Shown here piece after piece: positions 19,699 to 29,815 of a stretch of 64,000 bases of DNA. The stretch is from Acetofilamentum sp. (GTDB lineage: Bacteria > Hydrothermota > 32-111): assembly GCA_020721805.1 (NCBI GenBank), contig DYMB01000001.1:43261-107260 (forward strand), in the 5' to 3' direction. A program made the position numbers and the translations under genes. The notes beneath the pieces were generated by a model, which saw only the letters and a list, made by a program, of their open reading frames with translations, did no database searches and was not told the DNA's origin. The first letter of the stretch is position 1; each line of letters starts with the position of its first letter.

Positions 19699-21297
19699 AT
19701 GACCATTAGAGGAAATTTACAGGAAGCATCATTACCTGATATCGTTCAACTCCTTTCACTTGGAAAGAAGACAGGAGTTCTGAGCGTATCCGATAAAAAA
19801 AATTTTGGGGATATTTTTTTTAAAGATGGAAGGATAATATACTCTTCTATAGTGAATAGAGAAAAAAAAATAGGTGACATTCTTTTGAAATCAAATGATA
19901 TCACCAAAGAACAACTTGAAAAAGCATTGGAGTATCAGGATGAGATTAAAGGGGAAAAACGACTTGGTGATATACTTGTGGAAATGAATTTTGTTACGAA
20001 AGAGGTTTTAGAGGAAAAAATCAAACAACAGATAACCGATACGATTTTTACCCTATTAACCTGGAAAACAGGTTTTTTTAATTTTGAACCTGATATAGAA
20101 CCTGTCAGTGAAACTACCACGGTAGAAATTGAAGTGGATGATATTCTTCTTGAAGAGGTAAGAAAGATAGATGAATGGACTATAATCGAGAAAGAGATAC
20201 CATCTGAAAAAACTGTACTCGTTAAAACTAACATAAAAAGTGAAGATGAAATTTCTGATGATGAACAGAGATACATATATTCTCTTGTAAATGGTAGAAA
20301 AACTGTAAAGGATATATTCGAAATATCAACTCTAAGTAAATTTGATACTGGTAAGCAATTATATACCTTATTAAAACTTGGTTATATTTATGCTGGTGAA
20401 GAAAAAAATCTCGAACAAGATGTGGACATTCAAAATAAGGTTGTTGAACATTACAATCTTGGGATAGCTTTTCTTTTGACTGAAATGTATGATGAAGCGA
20501 TAAGAGAATTTAAATATATAATTCAAATCGATAAAAGCAATTTAAAATCATATTTTTATCTTGGTCTTATATATTTCAGGATCAAAGATTACGGAACTTC
20601 TTTAAGATATTTTGAAGAACTTTTAAAATTCGGTGTTGTGAACATTTCATTATTTAACAATATAGCTTTGTCATATGAAAGACTGAATCTGTTTGAAAAG
20701 GCTGAAGAATTTTATAAAAGGGCTCTTGATCTGGAACCTGAAAATCCAAAGATTCTCGCTAACTATGGAATAACCCTTTATAAGGAGAATCTTTTCACTG
20801 ATGCGGAAGATAAACTTAAAACCGCTCTTAAAATTGATAAAAATTTGAAATATGCAAAATATTTTTTAGGATTGATATATTTTGAATATGGAATGGTTGA
20901 AGAATCCACCGAGATATTTTTGAAACTTTCAAAGGATGATCCAGCATGCTGGCAATATGATTACAATCTTGGACAGATATATCTGTCGACAGGTAGATAT
21001 GAGGCTGCTGCAAAATTTTTCAAAAAGAGCATAGAATTATGTGGAAATGATATTTTGCCATACAAAGCACTGATAGATCTTTATTTCTATGAAAAAAATT
21101 TTGAGGATGCCGAACTTCTACTCGAGGAATTGATAAATATGAACAAAAAAGATTTTGAAATATTTTATAAACTTGGTAACATAAAATATAGAAAGGGAAA
21201 AAAAGATGATGCGTTGAAATACTGGGAAGAGGCACTCAAATTACAACCTGATGATGAAATACTTAAAAAAACTATAAATACGGTTAAAAATGGATGA
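19699..21297 (+). CDS. DUF4388 + MshEN-like + multi-TPR protein
   Basis: GNLQEASLPDIVQLL..GKKTGVL, tandem KIGDILL/RLGDILV motifs, W..G.F.F and many TPRs. Confidence 0.8.
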   Translation: MTIRGNLQEASLPDIVQLLSLGKKTGVLSVSDKKNFGDIFFKDGRIIYSSIVNREKKIGDILLKSNDITKEQLEKALEYQDEIKGEKRLGDILVEMNFVTKEVLEEKIKQQITDTIFTLLTWKTGFFNFEPDIEPVSETTTVEIEVDDILLEEVRKIDEWTIIEKEIPSEKTVLVKTNIKSEDEISDDEQRYIYSLVNGRKTVKDIFEISTLSKFDTGKQLYTLLKLGYIYAGEEKNLEQDVDIQNKVVEHYNLGIAFLLTEMYDEAIREFKYIIQIDKSNLKSYFYLGLIYFRIKDYGTSLRYFEELLKFGVVNISLFNNIALSYERLNLFEKAEEFYKRALDLEPENPKILANYGITLYKENLFTDAEDKLKTALKIDKNLKYAKYFLGLIYFEYGMVEESTEIFLKLSKDDPACWQYDYNLGQIYLSTGRYEAAAKFFKKSIELCGNDILPYKALIDLYFYEKNFEDAELLLEELINMNKKDFEIFYKLGNIKYRKGKKDDALKYWEEALKLQPDDEILKKTINTVKNG

Positions 21298-22093
21298 GAT
21301 AGAATATAAGATGTTGGTGGATTACATATCTAAAATGATAGGAATAGATGGGAATATTTATAAAGATAGACCGTTTAAAAGAAGACTAATGGTTAGAATG
21401 AGAGCAACGCAAAAAAATCGTTTTATCGAATACCTTGAATTATTGAAAAAAGATAACGAGGAACTTGACAAACTGAAAGAGACTTTAACCATAAATGTTA
21501 CAAGGTTTTTTAGAAACAGAGAAACATTTGACTATTTATATGAACAGATTTTTCCCCCATTCATCAGAGGAAAAGAGAAAATAAAAATTTTAAGTGTTGG
21601 ATGTTCAACAGGTGAAGAGGTTTATACACTGAGTATAATTTTTAAAAAATTAACTGAAAGATACAATTTTAAATATGAGATAGTTGGGATAGATGTTGAT
21701 GATGATGCAATAAAAAAAGCTGAAATTGGAATGTTCAAAGATTATTCGCTTATAGAAGTGAAAGAAAAAGAAAAAGATATCTATTTTAAAAAGATTGGAG
21801 AATACTACTCTATCTTACCATCATTGAAGGAAAATGTATTTTTTAAAGTTATAGATATTAAAGATGAAACCATACTATTTACACTTGGTAAATTTGATTT
21901 TATAATATGTAGGAATGTTCTCATATATTTTTCAAAAATGTTTCAGAATAAAATTTTTAATACATTCTATGAACTTTTATTTCCAAACGGGATACTGGTC
22001 CTGGGGAAAGTTGAAATATTAACTGGAAACTCTAAAAATCTTTTTAAACCGTTAAATGTTAAAGAAAGGGTCTTTTTGAGAATTGATAATTAA
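21290..22093 (+). CDS. cheR: Chemotaxis methyltransferase CheR
   Basis: LTINVTRFFRN, SVGCSTGEEVY, FDFIICRNVLIYF. Confidence 0.93.
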   Translation: MDEIEYKMLVDYISKMIGIDGNIYKDRPFKRRLMVRMRATQKNRFIEYLELLKKDNEELDKLKETLTINVTRFFRNRETFDYLYEQIFPPFIRGKEKIKILSVGCSTGEEVYTLSIIFKKLTERYNFKYEIVGIDVDDDAIKKAEIGMFKDYSLIEVKEKEKDIYFKKIGEYYSILPSLKENVFFKVIDIKDETILFTLGKFDFIICRNVLIYFSKMFQNKIFNTFYELLFPNGILVLGKVEILTGNSKNLFKPLNVKERVFLRIDN

Positions 22094-22562
22094 CATAAAA
22101 ATAGCTGATGCCAATATAGGTTTTGAAGATGATGTTCTAAAAACCATTGGCCTTGGATCATGTGTGGCTATAACCCTCTATGATAGAGAAAAAAAACTTG
22201 GAGGGATGATACATTTTATGTTACCAACGAAATTTTTTTCAACAACCGTATTTAATCCATACAAGTACTGTGATACAGGTTTACCGAATCTGATACTTGA
22301 AATGGAACAACTTGGAGGCAAAAAGTATCGGATGGAAGCGAAACTTATCGGTGGGGCTACTATGTTTTCAACATTCATAAAAAATGTAGAGGATTCTATA
22401 GGATATAGAAATGTGGCTATGGCGAAGAAAATGTTAAAAGAATTTAGAATTCCCATAATTTCAGAAGATGTGGGAAGTGATTACAGTAGATCCGTTGAGT
22501 TTTTTCTTAAAGATGGAAAATTGAGGGTGATATCATTTAAAAATGGAGAATTGTATATTTGA
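22083..22562 (+). CDS. cheD: Chemoreceptor glutamine deamidase CheD
   Basis: TIGLGSCVA, HFMLP, AKLIGGATMF, IG.RN, EDVG. Confidence 0.93.
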   Translation: MIINIKIADANIGFEDDVLKTIGLGSCVAITLYDREKKLGGMIHFMLPTKFFSTTVFNPYKYCDTGLPNLILEMEQLGGKKYRMEAKLIGGATMFSTFIKNVEDSIGYRNVAMAKKMLKEFRIPIISEDVGSDYSRSVEFFLKDGKLRVISFKNGELYI

Positions 22563-23590
22563 AAAAGGTTAAAATACTTGTTGTTGATGATTCTATACTC
22601 ATAAGAAGAATATTAAAGGATTTAATAGAATCAGATGAAAGATTTGAAGTTATCTGTGAGGCATCGGATGGTATTGAAGCTATAGATAAAATGAAGGAGT
22701 GCAATCCGGATATTATAACATTGGATATAGAGATGCCAAGGATGAACGGTTTGTTTGCACTCCAACATATTTTGAGAATAAAAAAGATTCCCATTATAAT
22801 TATAAGTTCATACACAAAAACCGGTTCCAAAATGGCTTTAAAAGCATTGGAGATGGGAGCTCTCGATATAGTTGAAAAACCGATATCTTTGGATTATGGT
22901 GAAAAAAAAGAAGAAATTCTTTTAAAACTATCATCCATACTTCATCTAAATTACGATTACATTAAAGATGTAACTCCCACTGAAGTAAAAGAGAAAACTA
23001 TAAAAAGATTAAAAAAAGAAGAAGCCAGGAAACTCGTTGCTATAGCTTCATCAACCGGTGGACCAAAATCGCTTATGGAAATAATTCCAAGAATAAAAGA
23101 GGACATAGATTGTGGAATAGTTATAGTGCAACATATGCCAGCAGGTTTTACAAGATCCTTTGCTGAAAGATTAAACTCATTATCCAATCTTAATGTTTTT
23201 GAATCTTACGATGGTTATAAACTGTTAAATGGAGACTGTGTTGTCGCTCAAGGTGGTAAACATCTTGTTTTTGATGAAAATGGTTACATAACACATACTG
23301 ATGATCCACCCTATCATTCTGTAAAACCATCCGCTGATATAATGATGATATCTGCTGTAAAATATTACAAGAGTAAAATAATAGGAGTGGTTTTAACCGG
23401 TATGGGGAAAGATGGAAGTGAAGGTGTAAAAATTATTAAAAAGATGAATGGAAAAAATATCTCGGAGTCAAAAAATAGCGCATTGATCTATGGAATGCCA
23501 AAGGCTGCTGAAGAGACCGGGGCTGTTGATTATGTTCTCGATAAAGAGTTGATAGCTGAAAAGATAGAGGAGATTGTTGATGAAATCTGA
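22559..23590 (+). CDS. cheB: Chemotaxis methylesterase CheB (receiver + esterase)
   Basis: VVDDS, TLDIEMP, and catalytic ASSTGGP, VQHMP, LTGMGKDG. Confidence 0.95.
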   Translation: MKKVKILVVDDSILIRRILKDLIESDERFEVICEASDGIEAIDKMKECNPDIITLDIEMPRMNGLFALQHILRIKKIPIIIISSYTKTGSKMALKALEMGALDIVEKPISLDYGEKKEEILLKLSSILHLNYDYIKDVTPTEVKEKTIKRLKKEEARKLVAIASSTGGPKSLMEIIPRIKEDIDCGIVIVQHMPAGFTRSFAERLNSLSNLNVFESYDGYKLLNGDCVVAQGGKHLVFDENGYITHTDDPPYHSVKPSADIMMISAVKYYKSKIIGVVLTGMGKDGSEGVKIIKKMNGKNISESKNSALIYGMPKAAEETGAVDYVLDKELIAEKIEEIVDEI

Positions 23591-24425
23591 AGATTTTAAA
23601 AAGGATCTTGAAAAGGAAATAGAAAAATTGAACATTATCTTAGATTCTGGAAATTTTAACCTTAAGTTGGTTAAAGAAAAAATGGAAGAAATTTATAAAG
23701 AAATAATAGGAATGAACGATTTTCTAATCGTTATGGACGAAAAAATAAAAAGCCTCGCAAAAAAGATTAAAAATAAAAAAGAAGGTAAGAAAGGTTTTGA
23801 GAATTTTGTTAAAACAATGCACATATCAAAAGTCGATCTGACAACATATATAGACAGAGGATGGAATTTTTTGATGGAAGAACAATACGATGATGCCATT
23901 AAAGTTTTAGAAAAAGCAAGTTCACTTGTTCCAGATGATGTTAAAACTCTCGATCTTTTAGGATGGGCATATATAAATAAGGAAAGATATGACGATGCGA
24001 TGATCATCTTCCAAAAAGTTATTCAAATTGATCCTGAAAATTCTATAGCGAAAAACAATCTTGGTTTTGTCTGCTTTAAAAAGGGGATATATGGAGAAGC
24101 CATAGAACATTTAACTTATGTTCTTAAAAATTCAAAAGATAAAGTAGCTTTAATGTATGCTAACTTCTATTTAGGGCTTATATATAAGGAAAGAGAGATG
24201 TATGATGATGCCATTAAATTTTTTAAAAATACGATAGAGATTGGTCCAAACCATGTGGAGGCATACTATAATCTCGGATTGGTTTATTTTCTTACAGGTA
24301 GAGAAAAAAAGGGGATAACCACTTTAAAAGAATTGATCAAAAAAAATAGGTTTAACAAATGGGCTCAAAAAGCCGAATTGAAATTGAAAGAAATTACCGG
24401 AGAAGAGTATGAAAAAGAAAATTGA
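23580..24425 (+). CDS. Coiled-coil + TPR protein
   Basis: About five TPRs, including YIDRGW, LGWAY, NNLGF, YLGLIY, YNLGLVY. Confidence 0.8.
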   Translation: MKSEDFKKDLEKEIEKLNIILDSGNFNLKLVKEKMEEIYKEIIGMNDFLIVMDEKIKSLAKKIKNKKEGKKGFENFVKTMHISKVDLTTYIDRGWNFLMEEQYDDAIKVLEKASSLVPDDVKTLDLLGWAYINKERYDDAMIIFQKVIQIDPENSIAKNNLGFVCFKKGIYGEAIEHLTYVLKNSKDKVALMYANFYLGLIYKEREMYDDAIKFFKNTIEIGPNHVEAYYNLGLVYFLTGREKKGITTLKELIKKNRFNKWAQKAELKLKEITGEEYEKEN

Positions 24426-25140
24426 TCTTTCATCTTTTTTAAAACAGAATAAAGATAAAAAAGGTAAAGATGTGAAAGAAAAACCAGAGACGCAAAAGAA
24501 AGAAGAATCTGATATGATAAAACAGGTTAAAAAGATAGAAACTGAAGAAAAAAATGAAACCAAACCAAAAAGTGATAAAGAATTTTACCATACGGATGAT
24601 ATTTTAAATGAAAAAAAAGTTTTGAAAAAAGATGTTTCAAAAGAAAAAAACGATTTTATTTCCAATGAGAAAGAATTTGTTACATTTAAACTTAACGATG
24701 AAGAATATGGTATAGATTCAGATTTCGTAAGACAGATAGTAAAATTCAAAGAGCCGCTGGATATCGGTTTGAAAAGCGACATATATTTTGGGATATTAAA
24801 TGAAAAAAGTGGATTCTTACCTTTGATAGATCTAAGAAAAAAATTTGGATTGGAGATAAAAAAAAGAACCGAAAATGGTTCAATAATAATAATAAGTATT
24901 GATGAAATAAGGATAGGTTTATATACCGATAAACTCATCGGAATAATGAGATTGAAGGATACGGACATAAAAAGCATACCACCTTTTCTTCCAGAAAATA
25001 GGATAAACTATGTTGAGGGTGTGGGAATTTTCGAAAGTGAAAAGAGAGAAAAAAGGATAGTGATCATTTTAAACTATTTAAATCTTTTTACATCCAAAGA
25101 AATAAAGGAATTGAAAAAGATTCCGGAGATCTATAAGTGA
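24409..25140 (+). CDS. cheW: CheW with a charged N-terminal extension
   Basis: FVTFKLNDEEYGI, GILN....LPLIDLRKKFG, IGLYTD. The first ~85 aa are Lys/Glu-rich. Confidence 0.85.
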   Translation: MKKKIDLSSFLKQNKDKKGKDVKEKPETQKKEESDMIKQVKKIETEEKNETKPKSDKEFYHTDDILNEKKVLKKDVSKEKNDFISNEKEFVTFKLNDEEYGIDSDFVRQIVKFKEPLDIGLKSDIYFGILNEKSGFLPLIDLRKKFGLEIKKRTENGSIIIISIDEIRIGLYTDKLIGIMRLKDTDIKSIPPFLPENRINYVEGVGIFESEKREKRIVIILNYLNLFTSKEIKELKKIPEIYK

Positions 25141-25574
25141 AAGAATTTTTCTTTAAAATATTCAATTCTGTAATTTTTATAGGATACCTGAAGGGAGGAG
25201 GAACCCTGGTCAGTATACTTCTTTTGATTTTAATCTATCATCTGAAACTAAATACCATATCGGTTATATTTATCTTTTCATTACTATTGTTAACATCCGT
25301 TATCACCATAGAATATAGTAAGAGTTTTGTAGGTGACGATGATAGAATAGTTATCGATGAACTTCTTGGTATGATTGTCTCCATAATGTTTTTACCTAAC
25401 AATTTTTTTGTCTTAATTTTCTCGGTTTTGATTTTCAGGTATCTTGATATAACAAAAATATTTTTTCTTGATAGGTTCGAAAGAATAAATGGATCGACTG
25501 GAATAATTCTTGATGATATCTTTGCTGGAATTTTTGCAAATCTTATCACATCTTTAATACTGGTTTTAATATGA
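25137..25574 (+). CDS. pgpA: Phosphatidylglycerophosphatase A
   Basis: GGTL.S, IVIDELLG, FRYLDI.K, GIILDDIFAG. Confidence 0.85.
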   Translation: MKEFFFKIFNSVIFIGYLKGGGTLVSILLLILIYHLKLNTISVIFIFSLLLLTSVITIEYSKSFVGDDDRIVIDELLGMIVSIMFLPNNFFVLIFSVLIFRYLDITKIFFLDRFERINGSTGIILDDIFAGIFANLITSLILVLI

Positions 25575-26755
25575 AGGCATCCATAATTATAGTTGGTAGT
25601 GAAATGATCAAAAATAGGGTTGAGGAAAAAAATTCAACGATATTATCACAAATGCTTTTAAAGAAAGGGTATCGGATAGATGGGAAATTTTTTGTTGAGG
25701 ATGATAGAAAAAAAATTGCTGATATTCTTAAATACTGTATGAATAGGTCTGAATTGATATTGATAACAGGTGGACTTGGTCCTACACCGGATGATCTTAC
25801 CATACCCTCTGTGGCATCAGCTTTAAGAAAAAAGGTTGTGCTTTCAAATAGAATTTTAAATGATCTGAAAAAAAGATTCAAAAATCTTCCAGATGATGCT
25901 TTAAAAAAGCATTCCCTTGTTATAGAAGGTTCAAAAAATTTTAAAAATGATGTTGGATTATGTTATTCTCAACTTATAAAATTTAAAGGCGGAAAAATAT
26001 TTTTGTTGCCTGGTGTTGTAAAAGAAGTTTTATGGCTAACCGAAAATGTTTTGAAAAAAGAGATCGGAAGTTATAGAAAAACAAAAGAGTATAATTTGAA
26101 AATATTTAATAGCACTGAAGTGGAAATATTGAAAGTTCTGGAAGATCAATTTTTAAAAAGTGATGTTTCCAGAATTCAATTTTATCCTTCATACGGTTTT
26201 ATAGACGTTTTCTTAGAGGATAAAAGTATATTTGAATTTTTGAAAAAAAGATTTAAAGAAAATTGTTTGGATACGAAAGGAAAAAGTTTGAATCTATTTT
26301 TAAGAGATCTTATGCTAAAGAAAAAACTTACACTTTCCATTGCTGAATCCTGCACCGGTGGTTTTCTTTCTAAAGTTATAACCGATGTTTCCAAAGCGAG
26401 TAAATTTTTTCTTGGAGGTGTGGTTACATATTCTGATAGATCGAAAAAAGGTATACTTGGAATCGAAAAAATGATACTTGAAAAATTTTCTTCGGTATCC
26501 GAAATCGTTTCAAAAAAGATGGCGGTTAACTGTTCAAAAATATTTTGTTCAAATATTTCCCTGTCGATTACAGGTTATGCTGGTCCAGATGGTGGAAATT
26601 CGAACACACCCGTTGGAACAGTTTTTATTTCTATTTTTTACAAAAATGATGTGAAGACAGAAAAATTTATTTTTACAGGGGATAGGGAAACGATAAGAAC
26701 AAAAAGCGTAAATTTAGCTTTGTTTATGATCTTAAGGAGTATTTTGAATGAGTAA
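25571..26755 (+). CDS. cinA: CinA (MocF-like + NMN deamidase PncC)
   Basis: TGGLGPTPDDLT, AESCTGG, SITGYAGPDGG, PVGTV. Confidence 0.92.
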   Translation: MKASIIIVGSEMIKNRVEEKNSTILSQMLLKKGYRIDGKFFVEDDRKKIADILKYCMNRSELILITGGLGPTPDDLTIPSVASALRKKVVLSNRILNDLKKRFKNLPDDALKKHSLVIEGSKNFKNDVGLCYSQLIKFKGGKIFLLPGVVKEVLWLTENVLKKEIGSYRKTKEYNLKIFNSTEVEILKVLEDQFLKSDVSRIQFYPSYGFIDVFLEDKSIFEFLKKRFKENCLDTKGKSLNLFLRDLMLKKKLTLSIAESCTGGFLSKVITDVSKASKFFLGGVVTYSDRSKKGILGIEKMILEKFSSVSEIVSKKMAVNCSKIFCSNISLSITGYAGPDGGNSNTPVGTVFISIFYKNDVKTEKFIFTGDRETIRTKSVNLALFMILRSILNE

Positions 26756-27311
26756 GAGATTGTTTATAGGTTTTAAAATACCTTCAGGATTAAAAAATGA
26801 ACTATTTTTATTACAACATAAATTAAGAAATAATCTTTTACTTGAAGGGGTTAATTGGGTTAAGCCTGAAAACCTGCATATAACTGTTGCTTTTTTGGGA
26901 AATGTAGATGAAAAAATGATACCTTTGATAAGAGATGTACTGGATACAATTGATTTCAGCCCTATTCGAACGAAAGGTGAAGCCTTAAATTTTTTCATAA
27001 AGAATAACAATCCTTCAATCTTTTATTATTCACTTCTTCAAACTGAAGATTTAAAGAATTTTGTAGGTAAATTAAGAAATAGACTCATTTTAAAGAATAT
27101 AGATTTCGATAGAAAAAAGTTTAATGCCCATATTACACTCGCAAGGATAAAGCAACCCCAAAGTGGTCAATCGTTATATCAGTTTGTTCAAAAAATGGAT
27201 ACGTTTCAACCAAAAGAAGTTATTTTGAATTCGGTTTGTTTATTTGAATCAAGATTTTTTGATGGTTCAACAACTTATTTATCTTTATATGAAATAGGTA
27301 AGGAGGTATAA
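26748..27311 (+). CDS. thpR: RNA 2',3'-cyclic phosphodiesterase (2H family)
   Basis: RLFIG and two HxT motifs (LHITV, AHITLAR). Lies between cinA and recA. Confidence 0.9.
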   Translation: MSKRLFIGFKIPSGLKNELFLLQHKLRNNLLLEGVNWVKPENLHITVAFLGNVDEKMIPLIRDVLDTIDFSPIRTKGEALNFFIKNNNPSIFYYSLLQTEDLKNFVGKLRNRLILKNIDFDRKKFNAHITLARIKQPQSGQSLYQFVQKMDTFQPKEVILNSVCLFESRFFDGSTTYLSLYEIGKEV

Positions 27312-28337
27312 ATGGATAACAATAAGATGAAATCTCTTGAAATGACTTTAAAACAGATAGAAAAGGATTTTGGTAAAGGTGCCATAATGCGTTTAGGTGA
27401 TAAAGGGATGGTGGCTTCCGATATTATTTCTACAGGCTCAATAGCAATAGATGCCGCGCTTGGAATTGGGGGAATTCCAAGAGGTAGAATGGTTGAAATA
27501 TATGGTGCCGAATCAAGTGGTAAAACGACACTTGCTTTACAGATAGTTGCACAAGCACAAAAAAATGGAGGTATGGCTGCATATATAGATGCAGAGCATG
27601 CTCTCGATCCAACATATGCAACAAAACTCGGAGTTGATATTGATAATTTACTTGTTTCTCAACCTGATACTGGTGAACAGGCACTTGAAATTACAGAAAA
27701 ACTTGTAAGCAGTGGAAGTATAGATGTTATAGTTATAGATTCCGTTGCCGCACTTGTTCCAAAGGCTGAAATAGAGGGAGATATGGGTGATTCACATATG
27801 GGTTTACAGGCAAGATTGATGTCACAGGCTTTAAGAAAATTGACTGGTGTTATAAACAGGTCAAAAACAGCTGTAATATTTATAAATCAGGTGCGATACA
27901 AAATAGGAGTAATGTTTGGCAATCCGATGACGACTCCAGGTGGTCTGGCTTTAAAGTTTCATGCATCGGTTAGAATGGAGGTCAAAAGGATAAGTTCCAT
28001 AAAATCTGGAGAGAACGATATAGGTAATGTAATAGAGGTGAAAATCGTTAAGAATAAAGTGGCACCACCTTTTAAAAAGGCAGTTGTATCAATGTATTTT
28101 GGGGAAGGAATATCAAAGGATAGTGAATTGGTTGATCTTGCAACAAGTTTGAATATTATTGAAAAGACTGGCGCCTGGTTTTCGTATGGCAATGTTAAAC
28201 TTGGACAGGGAAAAGAAAATGTCAGGCAATTTTTAAAGGAGAATGGTAAAATATCTGATGAAATAGAGTTAAAAATAAAAAAAGCCCTGGGGATGATAGT
28301 TGATAATAACAAAGATAGAGAGAGCAAAGAAAAATAA
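27312..28337 (+). CDS. recA: Recombinase RecA
   Basis: [39 protein letters not shown]. Confidence 0.99.
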   Translation: MDNNKMKSLEMTLKQIEKDFGKGAIMRLGDKGMVASDIISTGSIAIDAALGIGGIPRGRMVEIYGAESSGKTTLALQIVAQAQKNGGMAAYIDAEHALDPTYATKLGVDIDNLLVSQPDTGEQALEITEKLVSSGSIDVIVIDSVAALVPKAEIEGDMGDSHMGLQARLMSQALRKLTGVINRSKTAVIFINQVRYKIGVMFGNPMTTPGGLALKFHASVRMEVKRISSIKSGENDIGNVIEVKIVKNKVAPPFKKAVVSMYFGEGISKDSELVDLATSLNIIEKTGAWFSYGNVKLGQGKENVRQFLKENGKISDEIELKIKKALGMIVDNNKDRESKEK

Positions 28338-28899
28338 AAGTAAAGTTAATATCTTTATAGATGAATCTTTTGCTTTTTCAACCTATGATCAACTTTTGAT
28401 CGATTTTAATATTTTTAAAGGAAAAGAGATTGATCCTTTGTGGATCGAAAATGTAAAAGAGGGAACGAAAATCTTTCAGATCAGGAAATATCTGTATAAT
28501 ATTTTTTCAAAAAAAAGATACACACAACAACAGATAAAAGATAAATTGATATCGAGAAATCTGGATAAAGCGACCGTGGAGAAATTTATAAATGAATTCA
28601 AAAAGAAAGGATTATTAAACGATGAAGAGTTTTTAAAGGATTATACGGAAAGTTTAAAAATGAAAGAAAAATTTTCAAAAAGAGAGATAATGATGAAACT
28701 TTATTCAAAATTTAGAATAGATCCTAACGATGATTCGATAAAAGGTTTACTTTCTGATTATGACGACAGGAAAATACTGATAAAAATATTTTCTCAAGAA
28801 AAGAAGATTGATAAAAGAATAATAGAAAAGTATTTAAGAAAAGGTTTTAACTATGATGACATAATGGATGTTCTGTTAAATTTAAAACAGGAGGGATAA
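28300..28899 (+). CDS. recX: RecX family regulator
   Basis: MIITKIE...NIFID N terminus, LLND..F, YLRKGF. Follows recA. Confidence 0.75.
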   Translation: MIITKIERAKKNKSKVNIFIDESFAFSTYDQLLIDFNIFKGKEIDPLWIENVKEGTKIFQIRKYLYNIFSKKRYTQQQIKDKLISRNLDKATVEKFINEFKKKGLLNDEEFLKDYTESLKMKEKFSKREIMMKLYSKFRIDPNDDSIKGLLSDYDDRKILIKIFSQEKKIDKRIIEKYLRKGFNYDDIMDVLLNLKQEG

Positions 28900-28900
28900 A

Positions 28901-29815
28901 ATGGGTTTTATCATTTTTTTATTGATAGTTTCCATAATCATTTTTTTTGTTTTGGAGAACAGAGGTCTTTTACCCAATTTTATTAACAGGAAGAATATTA
29001 TAATTTTACTTGTTGCAATTTTTATATTAATAACCTTTCTAAATTCAATAAGGATAGTTCAACCCGGATATGTTGGTATACAGATTCTTTTTGGTCATCT
29101 TAACAAAAAAGTATTAAGAAATGGATTACACATAGTCTTTCCATTAATTCAGGTTAAAATGATGGATATCAGGATGAACGATTACACGATGTCGATAGCA
29201 AAAGAGGAGGGAGTAAAGAAGGGAGATGATGCGATCACCTCTTTAACAAAGGATGGGTTAACGATCGCGCTTGACATCACGATATGGTATAAACTAGATC
29301 CTGCGAAAGCTGCGGATGTTTATCAAAATATTGGAACCGATTATGTTCAGAAGATAGTTAGGCCTGCCATAAGAACGGCTATCAGGAATGCAACGGTTCG
29401 CTATTTTGTTTCCGAAATATTTTCAGAAAAAAGAGATGAACTTTCAAAAAAGATTTATGATGAACTTTTTTCCAGTTTATCCGAAAAGGGAATTATAGTT
29501 GACAAGGTTCTTCTTAGAAACATCGATCTTCCACAGAAAGTAAAGAATGCTGTAGATGAAAAGATAGCTGCCGAGCAGGAATCACAAAAGATGATTTATA
29601 TTTTAGAAAAGGAGAGAAAAGAGAAAGAAAGAAAACTCATAGAAGCCGAGGGTATAGCACAGGCTCAAAAAAAGATAACCGAATCTTTAAGTAAACAGTA
29701 TCTTCAATGGTACTATATTCAGAATCTGAAGGAACTTTTAAATACACAGAATTCAAAAGTGATCATTATGCCTTTCGATAAAAACTTAATTCCCCTTTTG
29801 AATCTAGGTGACTGA
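28901..29815 (+). CDS. SPFH/prohibitin family membrane protein
   Basis: Two N-terminal TMs, V.PGYVG, TKDGL, LLRNIDLP, KIAAEQE. Confidence 0.88.
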   Translation: MGFIIFLLIVSIIIFFVLENRGLLPNFINRKNIIILLVAIFILITFLNSIRIVQPGYVGIQILFGHLNKKVLRNGLHIVFPLIQVKMMDIRMNDYTMSIAKEEGVKKGDDAITSLTKDGLTIALDITIWYKLDPAKAADVYQNIGTDYVQKIVRPAIRTAIRNATVRYFVSEIFSEKRDELSKKIYDELFSSLSEKGIIVDKVLLRNIDLPQKVKNAVDEKIAAEQESQKMIYILEKERKEKERKLIEAEGIAQAQKKITESLSKQYLQWYYIQNLKELLNTQNSKVIIMPFDKNLIPLLNLGD

